Shown: piece after piece, positions 1-10,162 of the stretch
Position numbering within the stretch: position 1 is the first letter of the stretch
How the letters are laid out: every line of letters starts with the position of its first letter
Position numbers and translations under genes: made by a program
Notes under the pieces: model-generated
Told to the model about the DNA's origin: nothing
Seen by the model: the letters and a program-made list of their open reading frames with translations, nothing else
The model's database searches: none
Source of the DNA: a virus
Taxonomy: Duplodnaviria > Caudoviricetes
Reading direction: 5' to 3' (one strand)
IMG/VR virus record: IMGVR_UViG_3300028048_000142
Span: 106-64,105 of that record
Length of the DNA stretch: 64,000 nt

Positions 1-112
1 ATTTACATACCACTTTTGCTTTCCCTTCTTTTAACAGCTTTCTAACCCTACCACACCGTTTAGTAGGCATTAAGGGTTTTCCATTTTTAGATTTTACGTA
101 TACTAAATACAT
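1..112 (-). CDS. iscB: IscB, 5' part (runs off the window edge); second copy of the element at 15047-16653
   Basis: 1-408 aligns with 16246-16653 at a constant offset of 16245 with few substitutions; encodes [19 protein letters not shown] (PLMP domain). Confidence 0.92.
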   Translation of the reverse strand, partial: MYLVYVKSKNGKPLMPTKRCGRVRKLLKEGKAKVVCK

Positions 113-408
113 AATTATTCCTTAAGAATATAATTCAAAGTCCTAAGACTTAGTTGTGCGTATTTAATTGCTGTTACCACAATTAAAATCCGACTTCATC
201 TCGACAATGACATTAAGGCTTGACATATCTTATCGTAAGGCATTTATTACATCAACCTTATCAGTTTTTTAAGATGCTAGAGCATTGATCTGATGCGTCA
301 ATCAAAGGTAGCATGACCCTAATATCGTAGTTTAGATTTCTCTAAACTTAGTCTGGTAAACTGTTATTTAATGAAAGCCACACCCCTTCATGGGGTGGGG
401 TAGTTTAC
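113..408 (-). ncRNA. IscB omegaRNA (HEARO-like) scaffold, copy 1
   Basis: Minus strand starts GTAAACTACCCCACCCCATGAAGGGGTGTGGCTTT directly upstream of iscB; identity with copy 2 stops sharply at 408. Confidence 0.85.
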
Positions 409-1063
409 CATCATCCTCACAATCACATTCACATGCTGCACAGCAGCATTCCGTCACCGGAACTTTTTCCCCATTGAGTTCACAATCTTTAATTATCAGA
501 TCTGGGTCTTCTTCTTCCTCAGATTCTTCTGATTCTGATTCTGTTTCATCATTTATAGTAATGATCTTAAAATCTTTTTTCCATTCATCCGGCAAGCCGG
601 AACGTTTGAACTCAAACCAGTCATAATCAACACTTATAGTCATGGTATTCGTAAATGTATCATCGGTGGTACTTAACTGAACATCTGACATAGTTTGAAT
701 CTTGCAACCGTAAAACATTACTGTAAATAAATAGTTGCCTTTGCTGTTATGCACATCACAGTAGAATGTAAACTCTCGGTTTGCAAATGAACCACTTTTT
801 TGATCTACCGATTTTTCCATCCAGTCTTTGAAAGCCTGATAAACTAGAAAATCTTCATCAATCATCACCGTTAAATCAAGTTCACTATGAGTTACCGAAT
901 CACCAGTCAAGATATGTTTCATGCCTTGAGAAAATGATTCTATAGAATTTATTGTCAATGACGGCAGATTAAATTCCTGTATATAGAACTCATATTTAAA
1001 AACTTCAGATGTACCGGCTATGAAGTTACTTCTTTGTGCATAATTTAAACGGTTCATCATCAA
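368..1063 (-). CDS. gp3: T4 gp3-like tail completion/sheath stabiliser; last residues derived from the IscB element
   Basis: NYAQRSNF...QEFNLPSL...LTVMIDEDFLVYQAFKDWM matches the gp3 pattern; acidic, Cys-rich tail ends in element-encoded KLPHPMKGCGFH. Confidence 0.75.
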   Translation of the reverse strand: MMMNRLNYAQRSNFIAGTSEVFKYEFYIQEFNLPSLTINSIESFSQGMKHILTGDSVTHSELDLTVMIDEDFLVYQAFKDWMEKSVDQKSGSFANREFTFYCDVHNSKGNYLFTVMFYGCKIQTMSDVQLSTTDDTFTNTMTISVDYDWFEFKRSGLPDEWKKDFKIITINDETESESEESEEEEDPDLIIKDCELNGEKVPVTECCCAACECDCEDDGKLPHPMKGCGFH

Positions 1064-1281
1064 CTCTTATTACAATTGTTAAATGCTTTTACACATCCGT
1101 CTAAATACCCACGGTTATAATCATCAATACAAGACTGTTTCTTATAGGTTATTTCCAAGTCTTGAATGAAGTTAAAGGTAGGTATTACCCCACGTTCATA
1201 ATACATATTATAAATATTGTTATACCCTACAGCAAAGCCGTTGTCATAGGTTGCGTTGGTGTTATCATATACTACTGACAT
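1060..1281 (-). CDS. hypothetical protein
   Basis: 73 aa ORF overlapping neighbours in an operon-like arrangement. Confidence 0.55.
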   Translation of the reverse strand: MSVVYDNTNATYDNGFAVGYNNIYNMYYERGVIPTFNFIQDLEITYKKQSCIDDYNRGYLDGCVKAFNNCNKS

Positions 1282-1466
1282 TTTTTATTACCCTCTAAAT
1301 CTTTGATTTCATTTAACTTCTGATGGATCTGCTCATTTGTTTCAATCTTGTTCATAAAATCCACTGAAGTTGGATTCTGATTGAATTTATCAGTAAGTAT
1401 TTGGTAAAAAGAATTACGGAATGAATTGTAATCCGTTGTTACATTTTTAATATCATCAACTTCCAT
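1272..1466 (-). CDS. hypothetical protein
   Basis: 64 aa ORF with AAGGA SD upstream. Confidence 0.55.
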   Translation of the reverse strand: MEVDDIKNVTTDYNSFRNSFYQILTDKFNQNPTSVDFMNKIETNEQIHQKLNEIKDLEGNKKCQ

Positions 1467-1555
1467 TTTTGATTCCTTTTTTTAATTTATTATACTTATA
1501 TTTATATAATTTTTTTTTAATTGTAAACAGTTCAATTTTAAAATCGTTGAATATA

Positions 1556-2239
1556 TCACAGTTTTTCTTTAAGTTCACGGTGTCTGAGAATATATTCTAC
1601 TGCATTCTCATATGACGTATTTGAATACTGCATACGCTCTCGAATTGCAGCTTGATTGATTTTGTATTTATTTATTATCTCGTATTTAACCCTGTATTTT
1701 TCCCCACGGATTACTAACGGCTCAGAATCAAGGTTATCTTTCACCCAGTTATCAAGGGCTTGTTTTTCGATATAATATTCAACAACTTTCTCAAAGGTTG
1801 AATTATTACGTTTCATCATGTGATGAATGTCAACAACCCTTAAATTATAATATTTGGCAGCATCCTTTTTACTTTTAAATTCTTTGCCCCTGATGGTTAC
1901 GTGTATTCCGTCTTTTTCTTTTCTGATAGTTTTAGAACGGCTTTCTAAAATCATCTCAATAGCGGTTTCACATGAAACATTTTTATGTTTCACATAGTAA
2001 TAAAATGTCTGTGGCGGTATGTTCAAAATTTTTAATGCATCAGTTTTTGTGTATTCTTTTCCGTTAATCGTAATCATCTCTTTCACCGGTGGATTTAACC
2101 TTTGCTCTAAAACCATTTCAATCGCAGTTTCACAGGAAACACCCTTATGCTTCATAAGCCAATATACTCTTTGCTTTCTGATATCAAGAATTTTGAATGC
2201 TTTAGTCGGGGTATATTCCTTTCCATTTATTTCAATCAT
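1556..2239 (-). CDS. basic multi-repeat HTH-like DNA-binding protein
   Basis: Four internal repeats (I.INGKEY / IRGKEF / IRGEKY followed by helices); AGGAG SD; sigma70 -35 at 2284-2289. Confidence 0.65.
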   Translation of the reverse strand: MIEINGKEYTPTKAFKILDIRKQRVYWLMKHKGVSCETAIEMVLEQRLNPPVKEMITINGKEYTKTDALKILNIPPQTFYYYVKHKNVSCETAIEMILESRSKTIRKEKDGIHVTIRGKEFKSKKDAAKYYNLRVVDIHHMMKRNNSTFEKVVEYYIEKQALDNWVKDNLDSEPLVIRGEKYRVKYEIINKYKINQAAIRERMQYSNTSYENAVEYILRHRELKEKL

Positions 2240-2615
2240 ACGTAACTCCTATTTTTGAGTATATTACTACATTTTTAACTAAATGTCAAGTACTTTTTTA
2301 ATCATTAAAATTGATTAAAAAGTAATCAAATTGATTAAAAAATAACCATATATTTTAAAAAATGTGATATACATCAAATTTTTTACGAGTTTTTAAGCAA
2401 AAAATATAAATAGGTATATATGTGATATAAATCACAGTTTTGAAATAATGGAGAATAATATTATGTTTACATTTACATTGTTACGTAAAAATGCCGTACG
2501 CTCAGTACCACCATGCACAAAGAAGTATCATTTTTATTATGAAAGATAAAGGTGATCTTGGATTTTTAACATGCGGCATAAAAAAGCCATTCAAGTATTT
2601 GAATGGCTTTTTAGT

Positions 2616-3644
2616 CTATATACGGAAAGTCTGTTGAATATATCTGATACATTCACCATCGGTAAGTTTAGCCTGCACAGTGAATGATGTGTTTTTAGTA
2701 CCGAATACGAATACTGAATTGATATCTTCATCATCAACCGAGATTTCAACCTTATCCGATGATGTGATAATCTGGAAATCAATTTTAGGTGTTCTTGAAC
2801 ATCTGTAATCAATACTTATTTGTAAGTTATTATCATCTATTATAGTTTTAGTTAATGCGTTAATCTTTAAATCTGATAAAGCAGCAGTAAAATAATCACT
2901 CTCATTAGTTTCACCGGTTCGGACTTCCCCATCTTCTGCATTACCATCGGATTCAAATTCATATCCCGGCTGTACTAGATCATTTTCAACAATCATCTTA
3001 TCAACTTCGTTAACATCCGGGGTATGCAGATTGATGTTGTATTTAAGAACCTGTGAATATTCCTGAATAGGTTCATGTAAGAATCCGGCAAGGGTTAAAT
3101 CAAATGTTACCCTTGAAAGATTAATTGAAAGTTCTTCAAATTCTTCAATTTCAAAACTTGCAGAATTTAGCTGTATTACAGCACGATATGCTTCATCAAG
3201 ATTCTTTCGATCATAAACATCAATACTGATATTAGGATTGAATTTAGGGCATACTTCTTCAAGAATTTGTGCTGTTTCACTCATTCCACGACATAAAATT
3301 ACTACACTGTATTCAAAAAGGTATGCAACGGATTGATAAGCATATTCCTGAGTTTCCCCATTACGGAATCTTGAAACTTTATTAAGCTTTGAAGTCTGTC
3401 TGTCTGGATCTTTGCTTAAAGAATTAAGAACAAGATATGCCCTAGGCAGTACATTCATATTGCCGGATATGATTTGCTGCTCAGTCATATTCATTAACGT
3501 ACTCTTTTCAACGTTTTTATAGTGAATAGGGATATTAACAGTAATCAAATCCCCATTTGAATTCTTATACTGAATACATAAATCATTAAAAAAGTTTAAG
3601 AGTGCTAATGTGTATGCTCTTATAGTATTATGATTATAAGCCAT
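2616..3644 (-). CDS. gp15: T4 gp15-like tail sheath terminator
   Basis: YNHNTIRAYTLALLNFFNDL...IPIHY...VLPR motifs; late promoter TATAAATA upstream (about 3677-3684). Confidence 0.85.
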   Translation of the reverse strand: MAYNHNTIRAYTLALLNFFNDLCIQYKNSNGDLITVNIPIHYKNVEKSTLMNMTEQQIISGNMNVLPRAYLVLNSLSKDPDRQTSKLNKVSRFRNGETQEYAYQSVAYLFEYSVVILCRGMSETAQILEEVCPKFNPNISIDVYDRKNLDEAYRAVIQLNSASFEIEEFEELSINLSRVTFDLTLAGFLHEPIQEYSQVLKYNINLHTPDVNEVDKMIVENDLVQPGYEFESDGNAEDGEVRTGETNESDYFTAALSDLKINALTKTIIDDNNLQISIDYRCSRTPKIDFQIITSSDKVEISVDDEDINSVFVFGTKNTSFTVQAKLTDGECIRYIQQTFRI

Positions 3645-3705
3645 TATGAATACCTTTTTATTAATATTTTTTATATATTTATATATAATTTATATAAATT
3701 TTATT

Positions 3706-3730
3706 AGCTATGTTGTAAAGGTGTATTGAT
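3706..3730 (+). repeat. 25-bp TIR copy AGCTATGTTGTAAAGGTGTATTGAT
   Basis: Identical to 10277-10301; inverted copies at 13222-13246 and 20467-20492. Confidence 0.85.
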
Positions 3731-3884
3731 ATGAGTTTACAACCACATAAAACAACCCCCGAATGTTTTTCAACGTTCGGGGGTATTTTAAAATGAATTG
3801 TATATATGAATCAGTCGAATAGTCTATAATTTTTATAATAGAACAACATCCAATGGTTTGCTTTATATTTCATACTTTTGCAAG

Positions 3885-4820
3885 CTATGCACTAAATGTT
3901 TCGAGCATGCTCATTTGTTCGGAACATTTCATTTTTGTTCCATACTTTTCGTTTACTTCCAACATAAAATCGCTAATTGCATTTGGATGATTTTTCAAAA
4001 ACCATTCCACATGATTTCGGATATAATCCTCACGAACATTTGCATCGTTCAAATCATTTGGTACTCGTTTCATTCGTTCGTCAATACTATCAAAACCAGT
4101 GAATTTTTCGGCAAGACGTTCCTTTGTCATTGCAACATATTCTGGATTCATATCAAAACCTATGCCACTTCTATCAGTCTGCTGACACACACGCAATGCA
4201 GTGCCACTTCCAACAAACGGGTCAAGAACAACATCGCCGGGATCAGACGATGCTAAAATCATTCTTTCATATAACCCTTCCGGTTTCTGTGTAGGGTGTT
4301 TTTTGCGGTTTTTATTGCAATAGTGCATATGTGAAAATTCCCATACATTTCCGGGGTTAGCACCACGCATATTATTTACAGAACGATAAAATTTTTGCGG
4401 AACTCTTATATTGTCTAAATGAAAAACAAAGTTTTTTGAACTTTTAGTAAACATCAATATATCGTCATGCCGAGGTGAAAACCCTTTTGTTTTCCCTATA
4501 CCTTGTGTATAAAACCAAGTTATCCAAGAATTAAACGTCATATTTAACTCTTGTTCTAAAATATTAAATATATACGAAATATAGCGCATTCCCATGAAAA
4601 TATAAATTGTTCCATCATCGGTCAATACACGCTTTGCTTCAGTCAACCATTGACGTGAAAAATCAATATAAGCATCAAATTCTAACTTATCTTGATTATT
4701 GCCATAGTTTTTATTCAAATTATACGGTGGATCGGTTACGATTAAACGTATTGTTCCATCAGGTAGTTTTTTCATTTCCTCAATGGCATCACCGCAAATT
4801 ACACTTAATTTTTTATCCAT
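3885..4820 (-). CDS. beta-class amino DNA methyltransferase, M.HpaI-like
   Basis: DPPY before HPTQKP and LDPFVGSGT; WITWFYTQGIGKT and RSVNNMRGANP segments resemble M.HpaI as recalled from memory. Confidence 0.85.
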   Translation of the reverse strand: MDKKLSVICGDAIEEMKKLPDGTIRLIVTDPPYNLNKNYGNNQDKLEFDAYIDFSRQWLTEAKRVLTDDGTIYIFMGMRYISYIFNILEQELNMTFNSWITWFYTQGIGKTKGFSPRHDDILMFTKSSKNFVFHLDNIRVPQKFYRSVNNMRGANPGNVWEFSHMHYCNKNRKKHPTQKPEGLYERMILASSDPGDVVLDPFVGSGTALRVCQQTDRSGIGFDMNPEYVAMTKERLAEKFTGFDSIDERMKRVPNDLNDANVREDYIRNHVEWFLKNHPNAISDFMLEVNEKYGTKMKCSEQMSMLETFSA

Positions 4821-4909
4821 TGATTTTTAGTAGCCTCCCTGTAAAAATCTTCAATTGTTCTCCGAGAACTATGCAAATATTTTTGGTCAAGCAATTTGCA
4901 CATTTCCCA
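4805..4909 (-). pseudogene. 3' remnant of the cognate restriction endonuclease gene
   Basis: Alternative frame WEMCKLLDQKYLHSSRRTIEDFYREATKNQWIKN* overlaps the MTase start by 16 nt. Confidence 0.55.
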
Positions 4910-6219
4910 AGTTTGTGCAGAATCATTGATTTCCATATATCGAGATCTTCATAATCGGCAACTTGAAATAATTGTATTCCGTATTCACGGCATAAATCCG
5001 TTTTAAACTGATGATAATCCGGTTCTTTAAGTGAATGCCAGTATGAACCATTATATTCTATTCCTAGATTTATACTAGGAATTAAAATATCAATCTCATA
5101 CGGCTTGATGATTCTCGAACCGCTTATTGCATCCGGTGCATATTCTTTAACCCATCTGTATAACTCTATTTCCGCATGTGATTTGCCATTTATTCTATAA
5201 TTCGGCTCTGTGATATTATAGCGATTTTTAAATAACGGAACTGCATATTTTGATATATTATAGAATTCTATAAATTCTTCATGATAGAAAAATTTATCTT
5301 TGATAAAGTGTTCACGTACATATTGCTCATTCAGCAAATCATAATTTTTAAAATGCAAATGATTGCTGCTTGTTACACCATACCGCTTAAGGCAGGTTTC
5401 TTTAATCTTTTCAACTATTTCAGAATAATCACCATGATATTGCTCAAACATTGTCTGTTTAGCTTTTTCACGGTTTGTATAGTATGGATCACCATATCTT
5501 TCAATTCTAGTGTTTTTAATTTGCTCTTTTATATCATCATTCGACAAAACGCATTCAGTACCGTATTTTTCAAGGCAAGTTTGTTTAACTTTTTCTATCA
5601 CCTTATCATTCTGTAAAGGATGCTCGCAACCGTATTTTTTAAGGCATGTTTCTTTGCTTTTTTGTTGTACTTCTTTATTTTGAAGAGGTGCAACTCCACC
5701 GTACTTTTTAAGGTTTGTTTGCGCTCTTAATTCACTGTTATTATAAGTTGCATTTCCGTAACGTAATAAACATGTCTGTTTTGCCTTTTCGGGGTTATTT
5801 TTCCAGTTTGCTCTCTTTTTTGCTCTGACTTCTTCTAATTGTGATGTGGATTGAATACCCTCTCCGTATCTTTCTTTCAAGGTATTCTTTAAACTGTTTC
5901 TCATTTTATCTTTTACACGTTCATCACTGTTTGTGCATTTTGAGGAACAATAAATACTTGCCGTGGGTTTTCCACACATCGGGCAGTAGTTTAAAAGGTC
6001 TTGAAAGTATAATGCTTGTAGTTTGGTATCATCTGTATGAATTGTTTGGGATAGCAGTTCTTTGAACTTTTCATTTGCTTTTAGAATGTTTAAAATCTTT
6101 GTTACTGCATATTTTGAAATCTTTTCTTGAATTGTTTTCTTTAAGTTAGATAATAAATCAGGACTGTCTATGTTTTTGTCTACATATGCTTTAATTACAT
6201 CAAATTCTTTATTTTTCAT
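4813..6219 (-). CDS. Hef-like homing endonuclease (zinc ribbon, TxLxxYG repeats, PD-(D/E)xK domain), C-terminally truncated
   Basis: CPMC..CSSKC, TCLxxYG repeats, EIDILIP..GIEYNGSYWH; diverges from paralogue 6393-8168 right after DIWKSMIL.KLGK. Confidence 0.75.
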   Translation of the reverse strand: MKNKEFDVIKAYVDKNIDSPDLLSNLKKTIQEKISKYAVTKILNILKANEKFKELLSQTIHTDDTKLQALYFQDLLNYCPMCGKPTASIYCSSKCTNSDERVKDKMRNSLKNTLKERYGEGIQSTSQLEEVRAKKRANWKNNPEKAKQTCLLRYGNATYNNSELRAQTNLKKYGGVAPLQNKEVQQKSKETCLKKYGCEHPLQNDKVIEKVKQTCLEKYGTECVLSNDDIKEQIKNTRIERYGDPYYTNREKAKQTMFEQYHGDYSEIVEKIKETCLKRYGVTSSNHLHFKNYDLLNEQYVREHFIKDKFFYHEEFIEFYNISKYAVPLFKNRYNITEPNYRINGKSHAEIELYRWVKEYAPDAISGSRIIKPYEIDILIPSINLGIEYNGSYWHSLKEPDYHQFKTDLCREYGIQLFQVADYEDLDIWKSMILHKLGKCANCLTKNICIVLGEQLKIFTGRLLKING

Positions 6220-6392
6220 TCAAAAAATCCTTAAATACAATTTTATCTATATAATATCATTATAAATTTTAAAGACCTATTATATTAACTGCAAAACTAT
6301 ATTTACAACAATAAAGTATCACATTATTTCAAACAGATAAGATTTTCCATGTCTATTTTGCTAGTTCAACACTTTTCGTGTACATAGCCACA

Positions 6393-8168
6393 TTATTCAT
6401 TATTATATGCAAACACATAATTTCCGCAATCATATATTTTTAAATATCCATTATTAAACATATTATCGCTTTCAGATAGATTTGGATCAAAGTTTTCTAA
6501 AAGATTTGATAATTTATGTTTTTGGCATTGATATCTGCTTAAAACCTCAGTATTCTTAACATAAAAATAATTTGGTTGCGTTTCACCAATTTTTGTAAAT
6601 CCTAGTACTTTGTATATTTCACCATACGAAAATCTTTTATTTGCATATGTTATTATACTACCTTTATATTTTTTCTTAAAATAATTAAATAATTTTGATA
6701 CACCTCCAACTATGTGAAAATATTTTTTAGTACACAATCTTATAATTTCATAATCATAATTATTATTAAATCTTGGTTTCCCAAAAGTCATTACTTGTAC
6801 AAGTTCATCATTATAAAATAATCCAATATTTATAGAAGATCTACATTCACCTTGCAAATGATTATCAATCAAAAAATCTTTAATTTGCTCATATTTTAAT
6901 TCTTTTATATTACATTTTCTAGCATAGATTTTCTCGGATTTCCCAAGTTTGTTTAGAATCATTGACTTCCATATATCTATATTATCAAAATCAAATATAT
7001 GCAATAATTGAATACCTTTTGCCTCACACAGTTTTGTTTTATTTAAATGATAATCTTTATCTAAATTAGAATGATAGTATGTACCATCATATTCGATTGC
7101 AATTTTATAATTAGGTAAATATATATCTAATTCTAAAGGTTTTATAATTGTTCTATCACCAGATATTTTATCTTCTATCGGTATCCATTCAAATAATTCT
7201 AATTCCATTTTAGAATGACCAGTATTTGGTGAAACATCATCATTAGGTTCTGTTATTTCAAAAATTCTTTTTATTTTGCATAATCCTGAACGATTTCTAA
7301 TATTAAAATATTCGCAAAACTCTTTAACTTTAAATTTATCATTTTCAATAAAATTTTCACGAATATATTTCTCATTAAAATTTTCCTGATTTGTATGTTT
7401 AAATGCGTTAAATAATGAAAATTTAAGTTTATTACGGACTTCTTTTGATTTTGATACAATATCAACACCATATCTTTCAAGATTTGTTTTCTTTAATTTG
7501 TCTTGATATTCTTTTAATTGAAGTGCATGTTCAACACCATATCTTTCAAGATTTGTTTTCTTTGCTTTATCCTTTACAAAATCTAAAGTTGCCGGGCGTT
7601 CAACACCATATCTTTCAAGATTTGTTTTCTTTGTTTTATCTTTTACAATTTGTGATTGAAATCCATACTCAACACCATATTTTTCAAGATATGTTTTCTT
7701 TATTTTATCTCTAATAACAGTTGAATGCATACCGGTTGTTACGCCATAATTAGAGAAAAGTGTTTGTTCTTTTAATTGTTTTACTATTTCAGAATTGTTT
7801 GAACATTTTAATGAGCAGTATTTATTATTTTTTATTGGTTTTCCACAATTTAAACAATATTTTAATTCTCCATTAAAGTATGCACTTAATAATACTGTAT
7901 CATTTGTTTTTATTTTTTTATATATATCAGAAAAATCATATTTATCTATTATATATTTTAAAAATAAATTAAATGTCTCCGTTTTCTTTATTCTTTTTCT
8001 AAAATCAAATAGTATATTTTCTAACGTATCATTCTTTAATAATTCTGATAAAAGTTTATCTTTATACTCTACAAAACTAGGGACTTTTTTAAATCCTAAT
8101 AGTTTCATGCCAATTCTATTTGGTTTTCTTACAGTATGATCAAACACTTCATCTACATTTATATTCAT
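6393..8168 (-). CDS. Hef-like homing endonuclease with C-terminal GNAT/Mom-like domain
   Basis: CLNC..CSLKC, TNLERYGV repeats, ELDIYLP..AIEYDGTYYH, then EIIRLCT...ITYANKRFSYG.IY..LGF. Confidence 0.78.
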   Translation of the reverse strand: MNINVDEVFDHTVRKPNRIGMKLLGFKKVPSFVEYKDKLLSELLKNDTLENILFDFRKRIKKTETFNLFLKYIIDKYDFSDIYKKIKTNDTVLLSAYFNGELKYCLNCGKPIKNNKYCSLKCSNNSEIVKQLKEQTLFSNYGVTTGMHSTVIRDKIKKTYLEKYGVEYGFQSQIVKDKTKKTNLERYGVERPATLDFVKDKAKKTNLERYGVEHALQLKEYQDKLKKTNLERYGVDIVSKSKEVRNKLKFSLFNAFKHTNQENFNEKYIRENFIENDKFKVKEFCEYFNIRNRSGLCKIKRIFEITEPNDDVSPNTGHSKMELELFEWIPIEDKISGDRTIIKPLELDIYLPNYKIAIEYDGTYYHSNLDKDYHLNKTKLCEAKGIQLLHIFDFDNIDIWKSMILNKLGKSEKIYARKCNIKELKYEQIKDFLIDNHLQGECRSSINIGLFYNDELVQVMTFGKPRFNNNYDYEIIRLCTKKYFHIVGGVSKLFNYFKKKYKGSIITYANKRFSYGEIYKVLGFTKIGETQPNYFYVKNTEVLSRYQCQKHKLSNLLENFDPNLSESDNMFNNGYLKIYDCGNYVFAYNNE

Positions 8169-8387
8169 TGTTAAATTTCCTTAAGGAAATGCCTCAAAAT
8201 TAATTATAATTCTTGAAACAATTCCTAAACAAACATAATACACAATTATGGCTTTATTGTCAACAATATTATTGTTAATAAATGTGGTATATATCACACT
8301 TTTAACTTTAATATTGAAACAAAACCCACACACCTAAAAGTATGTAAATTATTGACGTGTTTCGTGTTTAAAATATGTTCTTATAAC

Positions 8388-8415
8388 AAAAAAACCCTGC
8401 GATTATGCAGGGTTT
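8388..8415 (-). terminator. intrinsic terminator after the major capsid gene
   Basis: AAACCCTGC-loop-GCAGGGTTT hairpin followed by a T run on the minus strand. Confidence 0.75.
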
Positions 8416-8447
8416 ATTTATTTTTACTATATATTTTTTAATAAATT

Positions 8448-10067
8448 TTAGTGTCTAAGGATAGAATTCGTCATATCAACTGCAAATGAGTGAGCGTACT
8501 GTTTTGCACGGTCGTTGCTATCTGCATTCTCAATGCCCGGAATAGTAGAGAGCGCATATCTTGTGCGGGCAATTATTGCTGGCTGTCCAGACTCATAATT
8601 TGTCGTCTTTGTAAATGTTAATGGTACATATGGTGCAAAGAAACCTAAAGCGTCACGTTTATCAGCACCTTTATACATAACAGTTACATAATCATCGGTA
8701 GCATACTGATCGATAATTACACGATAACGGTTATCATAAATTCCGGCAAATCCGCCAGCTACAGGCTGGTTAATATCGCCTGCTGGGGCAAGATTGAATT
8801 TAGCAGTCTGTTCAAGCATTGTAGCAACCATTGGAGAAACAAGGATAACATTACCCTGTCCACGTTTACATTCAATACCGATCTGAGTAGCTTCTTTAGC
8901 AATACGAATTGCCTGAGCGCGATAACGTTCAATTTCCCAACGACCGTCAACCATAAATGTAGGGGTTGCAACACCGCCGTTTGCAATATTTGGGGTAGTT
9001 GTATGGAAACCACCGAAAGTTGTATCTGGCAACCACTGAGAAACAGAGCGTACAAATTCAACGCATTCACGGTCAATTTCAGCCTGAATTTCCTGAGCCA
9101 TTACGTTCATCATTTCAGTTTCAGCATCCATGTCATGCTGTGCCTGTAAATCTTGGAACATTTCAATGGTATAACGACCTTTCAGGTTTCTTGATTTAGC
9201 TTCAACCTGTTTTCTCTGAATGGTGAAACCAATCTCTTTCATGTCAACACCAAGTCTTTCTGCCAATGGGGTTGCTAAACCGCCTTTAACAAGAACCTGC
9301 TGTGTAACAGTATTACCCTGTGCATCGGTTACAGTCCTTGTTTCATAGTGATAATCACCGGTGTAGTATTTCAAAATCTGATTGAAGCAAGCTTCATTAG
9401 ACCATACGTTTCTTACAGTGTAGTTTGTACCCGGAACTGCGTCACCGGCTGCAAGTTTAGCTGTTACACCATCCCATGTTACAAGGATCTTATCTTCTTC
9501 AGAATAAACTACATAACCGCCACCGATTGAAGTACCAGCAGTAGTAGTAACCTGTTCATCACCGCTTGATGCACCAACGCTGGCACCGTTCAGACCGTTT
9601 GCTGGGTTCTGAGCATTTGTAGCATATCCGGCAACGTTGATAACACCGTCTTTTAATACATCAACTGGATCTCCATTTGCATCAACTAACTGATAAACAA
9701 CTCCGCGTGGTTTTGTATCAGATGCAGTCTTATGTAAGCCAGTACCTAAATATTCGTTTACGAGAGCAAACAGATAACCGGTAGGCATTGTCATTGGCTG
9801 AATACCAAGCAGTTCATGAGCAATCAGGTTAGGATAGATACGTCTTACCATTGGCAGCAGAATAGGGGTAAACTGTGCAACGTCATTGGTATATGTACCT
9901 TCACTAATCATTCTGCGAACTGCATTCTGAGTATTCTTTAACAGTACATTCATTAAACGAGTGTTTTCTTCGTTTAATGGTTTGTACATAGATTTTGTGC
10001 TGGTTAAAATTTTATCAGCATAATTTTCACTAAGCACCTTACGGGTAGCTTCATTGATAATATCCAT
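8448..10067 (-). CDS. gp23: major capsid protein
   Basis: LPMVRRIYPNLIAHELLGIQPMTMPTG, VEAKSRNLKGRYTIEMFQDL, FFAPYVPL, QPAIIARTRYAL. Confidence 0.97.
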   Translation of the reverse strand: MDIINEATRKVLSENYADKILTSTKSMYKPLNEENTRLMNVLLKNTQNAVRRMISEGTYTNDVAQFTPILLPMVRRIYPNLIAHELLGIQPMTMPTGYLFALVNEYLGTGLHKTASDTKPRGVVYQLVDANGDPVDVLKDGVINVAGYATNAQNPANGLNGASVGASSGDEQVTTTAGTSIGGGYVVYSEEDKILVTWDGVTAKLAAGDAVPGTNYTVRNVWSNEACFNQILKYYTGDYHYETRTVTDAQGNTVTQQVLVKGGLATPLAERLGVDMKEIGFTIQRKQVEAKSRNLKGRYTIEMFQDLQAQHDMDAETEMMNVMAQEIQAEIDRECVEFVRSVSQWLPDTTFGGFHTTTPNIANGGVATPTFMVDGRWEIERYRAQAIRIAKEATQIGIECKRGQGNVILVSPMVATMLEQTAKFNLAPAGDINQPVAGGFAGIYDNRYRVIIDQYATDDYVTVMYKGADKRDALGFFAPYVPLTFTKTTNYESGQPAIIARTRYALSTIPGIENADSNDRAKQYAHSFAVDMTNSILRH

Positions 10068-10162
10068 TGAGGACTCCTCTTATTTTAATATATTAAAAAA
10101 ACAGTAATGTAAAATCAATTTCGGTAGTTCTTACATCACCTGAAACTTTATTACTATAATTC

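Noticed and set aside
6365-6389. Definite right TIR pairing with 3706-3730
   Set aside because: Only GCTATGT and a few further bases match and the flanks agree 6/8; kept as a weak possibility only
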